Of a DNA stretch of 64,000 bases, positions 62,932 to 64,000 are shown one piece after another. Positions within the stretch are counted from its first letter, which is position 1; each line of letters starts with the position of its first letter. Both the position numbers and the translations under genes were made by a program. The notes below the pieces were generated by a model that was given only the letters and a program-made list of their open reading frames with translations, made no database searches and was not told where the DNA came from. Source of the DNA: Paramecium tetraurelia (lineage: Eukaryota); the NCBI GenBank assembly GCA_000165425.1, contig CT868661.1, forward strand, positions 1 through 64,000, given 5' to 3'.

Positions 62932-64000
62932 ATGGACAATATATATAAGTTTAAGGCTAGCAGTTCAGTGGGGCATTTAAAGAGTCTGAATAATGATAAA
63001 CAATTTTATTCAGAAGAGGAGAGCAGTAAGAAAGAGGAGGAGGAGAAACAATTGAAGAAACAAAGCAAGCCTCCTAGTAAAATGTCTCAATTCAGTCAGA
63101 ATGCAACCGGGTATTAAACGGATGACTCTGACAAAGAGACTCCCAAGAAAAATAAGGTCGGACCTTCAAGTAATGATTATGGGCATTATTTTAGGTTAGA
63201 AAGTGTCAAAATTTCGAAATTTGGTTAATTCTAAAAAGATTGAAGGGGACAACGATGATCCAAATTTCGATGATGATGATGACAAGCCAACAACAATTTA
63301 ACAATAGGTTCAACATGCTTAGTAGTAAAGTGAAGATTAATATGATGTGGAACAGTAGGCTAATAAAATGCAACAGAAATACGCTAAGGGTGAGGTGGGG
63401 AAGTCAACAAAAGTGAAGTAAGAGAGATGATAATGAATAGACACTCTAATACTCAACAGAGTATGGACGTGAATTCAGATGTAGAGCAGATGAAGAATAA
63501 GCAGAATCAGGAGGGGAAATTAAGGAATCATCCCTTTAGACACCTTATCTATGGTCCAAGTATAGGAGAGAATTCATTCAACAAATTTTTACAATTAACT
63601 CAAAGAGGCTTGGTCTATGCCAAAAAGTGCTTAAAAGGACCTTCAGATAAATTTATTAAATCCAAGATGGTTCAATTGCAAGAATGTCCAATCATTAAGC
63701 CAAAGACTCTCTTATTGGATTTAGATGAAACTCTAATTCACAGTTGTTCTCTAAGGGAGAATCCTTAAGTAACTGTAACAGTCTTTGGAGATTACGGGGA
63801 AGAAGCTAAGGTAATTTGATATAATGAATTATAGATTCATTTCAACATTAGACCATTTTGCACATGGTTCTTACAATAAATGAATTAGTTGTTTACAATT
63901 TATGTATTTACAGCTTCGTCATCTGCCTATGCAAATGCAATTGTGAATTATTTGGATCCAAAAAAGTAATGGATCATGGGGATTCTTTCAAGAGGAAATT
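62932..64000 (+). CDS. SCP/NIF-family (CTD small phosphatase-like) HAD phosphatase, truncated by window end
   Basis: KTLLLDLDETLIHS, NIRPFCTWFL, VFTASSSAYANAIVNYLDP. Confidence 0.92.

Noticed and set aside
1..64000. Most entries of the supplied ORF track as stand-alone small proteins
   Set aside because: Computed with the standard code and no splicing; they are exon fragments, shifted frames of Gln-rich genes (e.g. 19974-20432, 44881-45177) or antisense shadows.
1..64000. Telomeric repeats, retained IESs, tRNA genes
   Set aside because: No tandem C4A2/C3A3 runs or cloverleaf noticed. IESs cannot be called by eye without germline/somatic comparison.

Overview
AT-rich, gene-dense ciliate macronuclear DNA, most likely a Paramecium (aurelia-type) species. 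TAA/TAG read as Gln, TGA is the only stop, introns are GT..AG of about 20-29 nt, and intergenic spacers are often 10-40 nt. The supplied ORF track uses the standard code without splicing, so it fragments every gene; I re-translated by hand with the ciliate code. The window holds about 33 protein genes and one 5S rRNA gene. Recognisable genes include DENN, HP1-like, PACRGL, an acylated EF-hand protein, a DHHC palmitoyltransferase, WD40 proteins, two small HTH proteins, Myb, RRP9, AHI1, TMBIM-like, CFAP141, ERF4-like, TGS1, TM-RING, a RanBP2 zinc finger, three kinases including PDK1, a PTS2 citrate synthase, kinesin, a PH-PH-Sec6-PH protein and an SCP/NIF phosphatase. There are also several decayed gene-like intervals and two assembly gaps. 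Most notable: a nucleoporin-like PFG/Gln repeat tail in place of the SH3 domain of transition-zone protein AHI1; an ATGA stop/start overlap inside an operon-like five-gene run; a DHHC enzyme head-to-head (19 bp) with a candidate substrate; a Sec6 domain embedded among three PH domains; a tandem SUMO-consensus array; and a TMBIM protein lacking the di-aspartyl gate. All family calls come from motif recognition by eye, not database searches.
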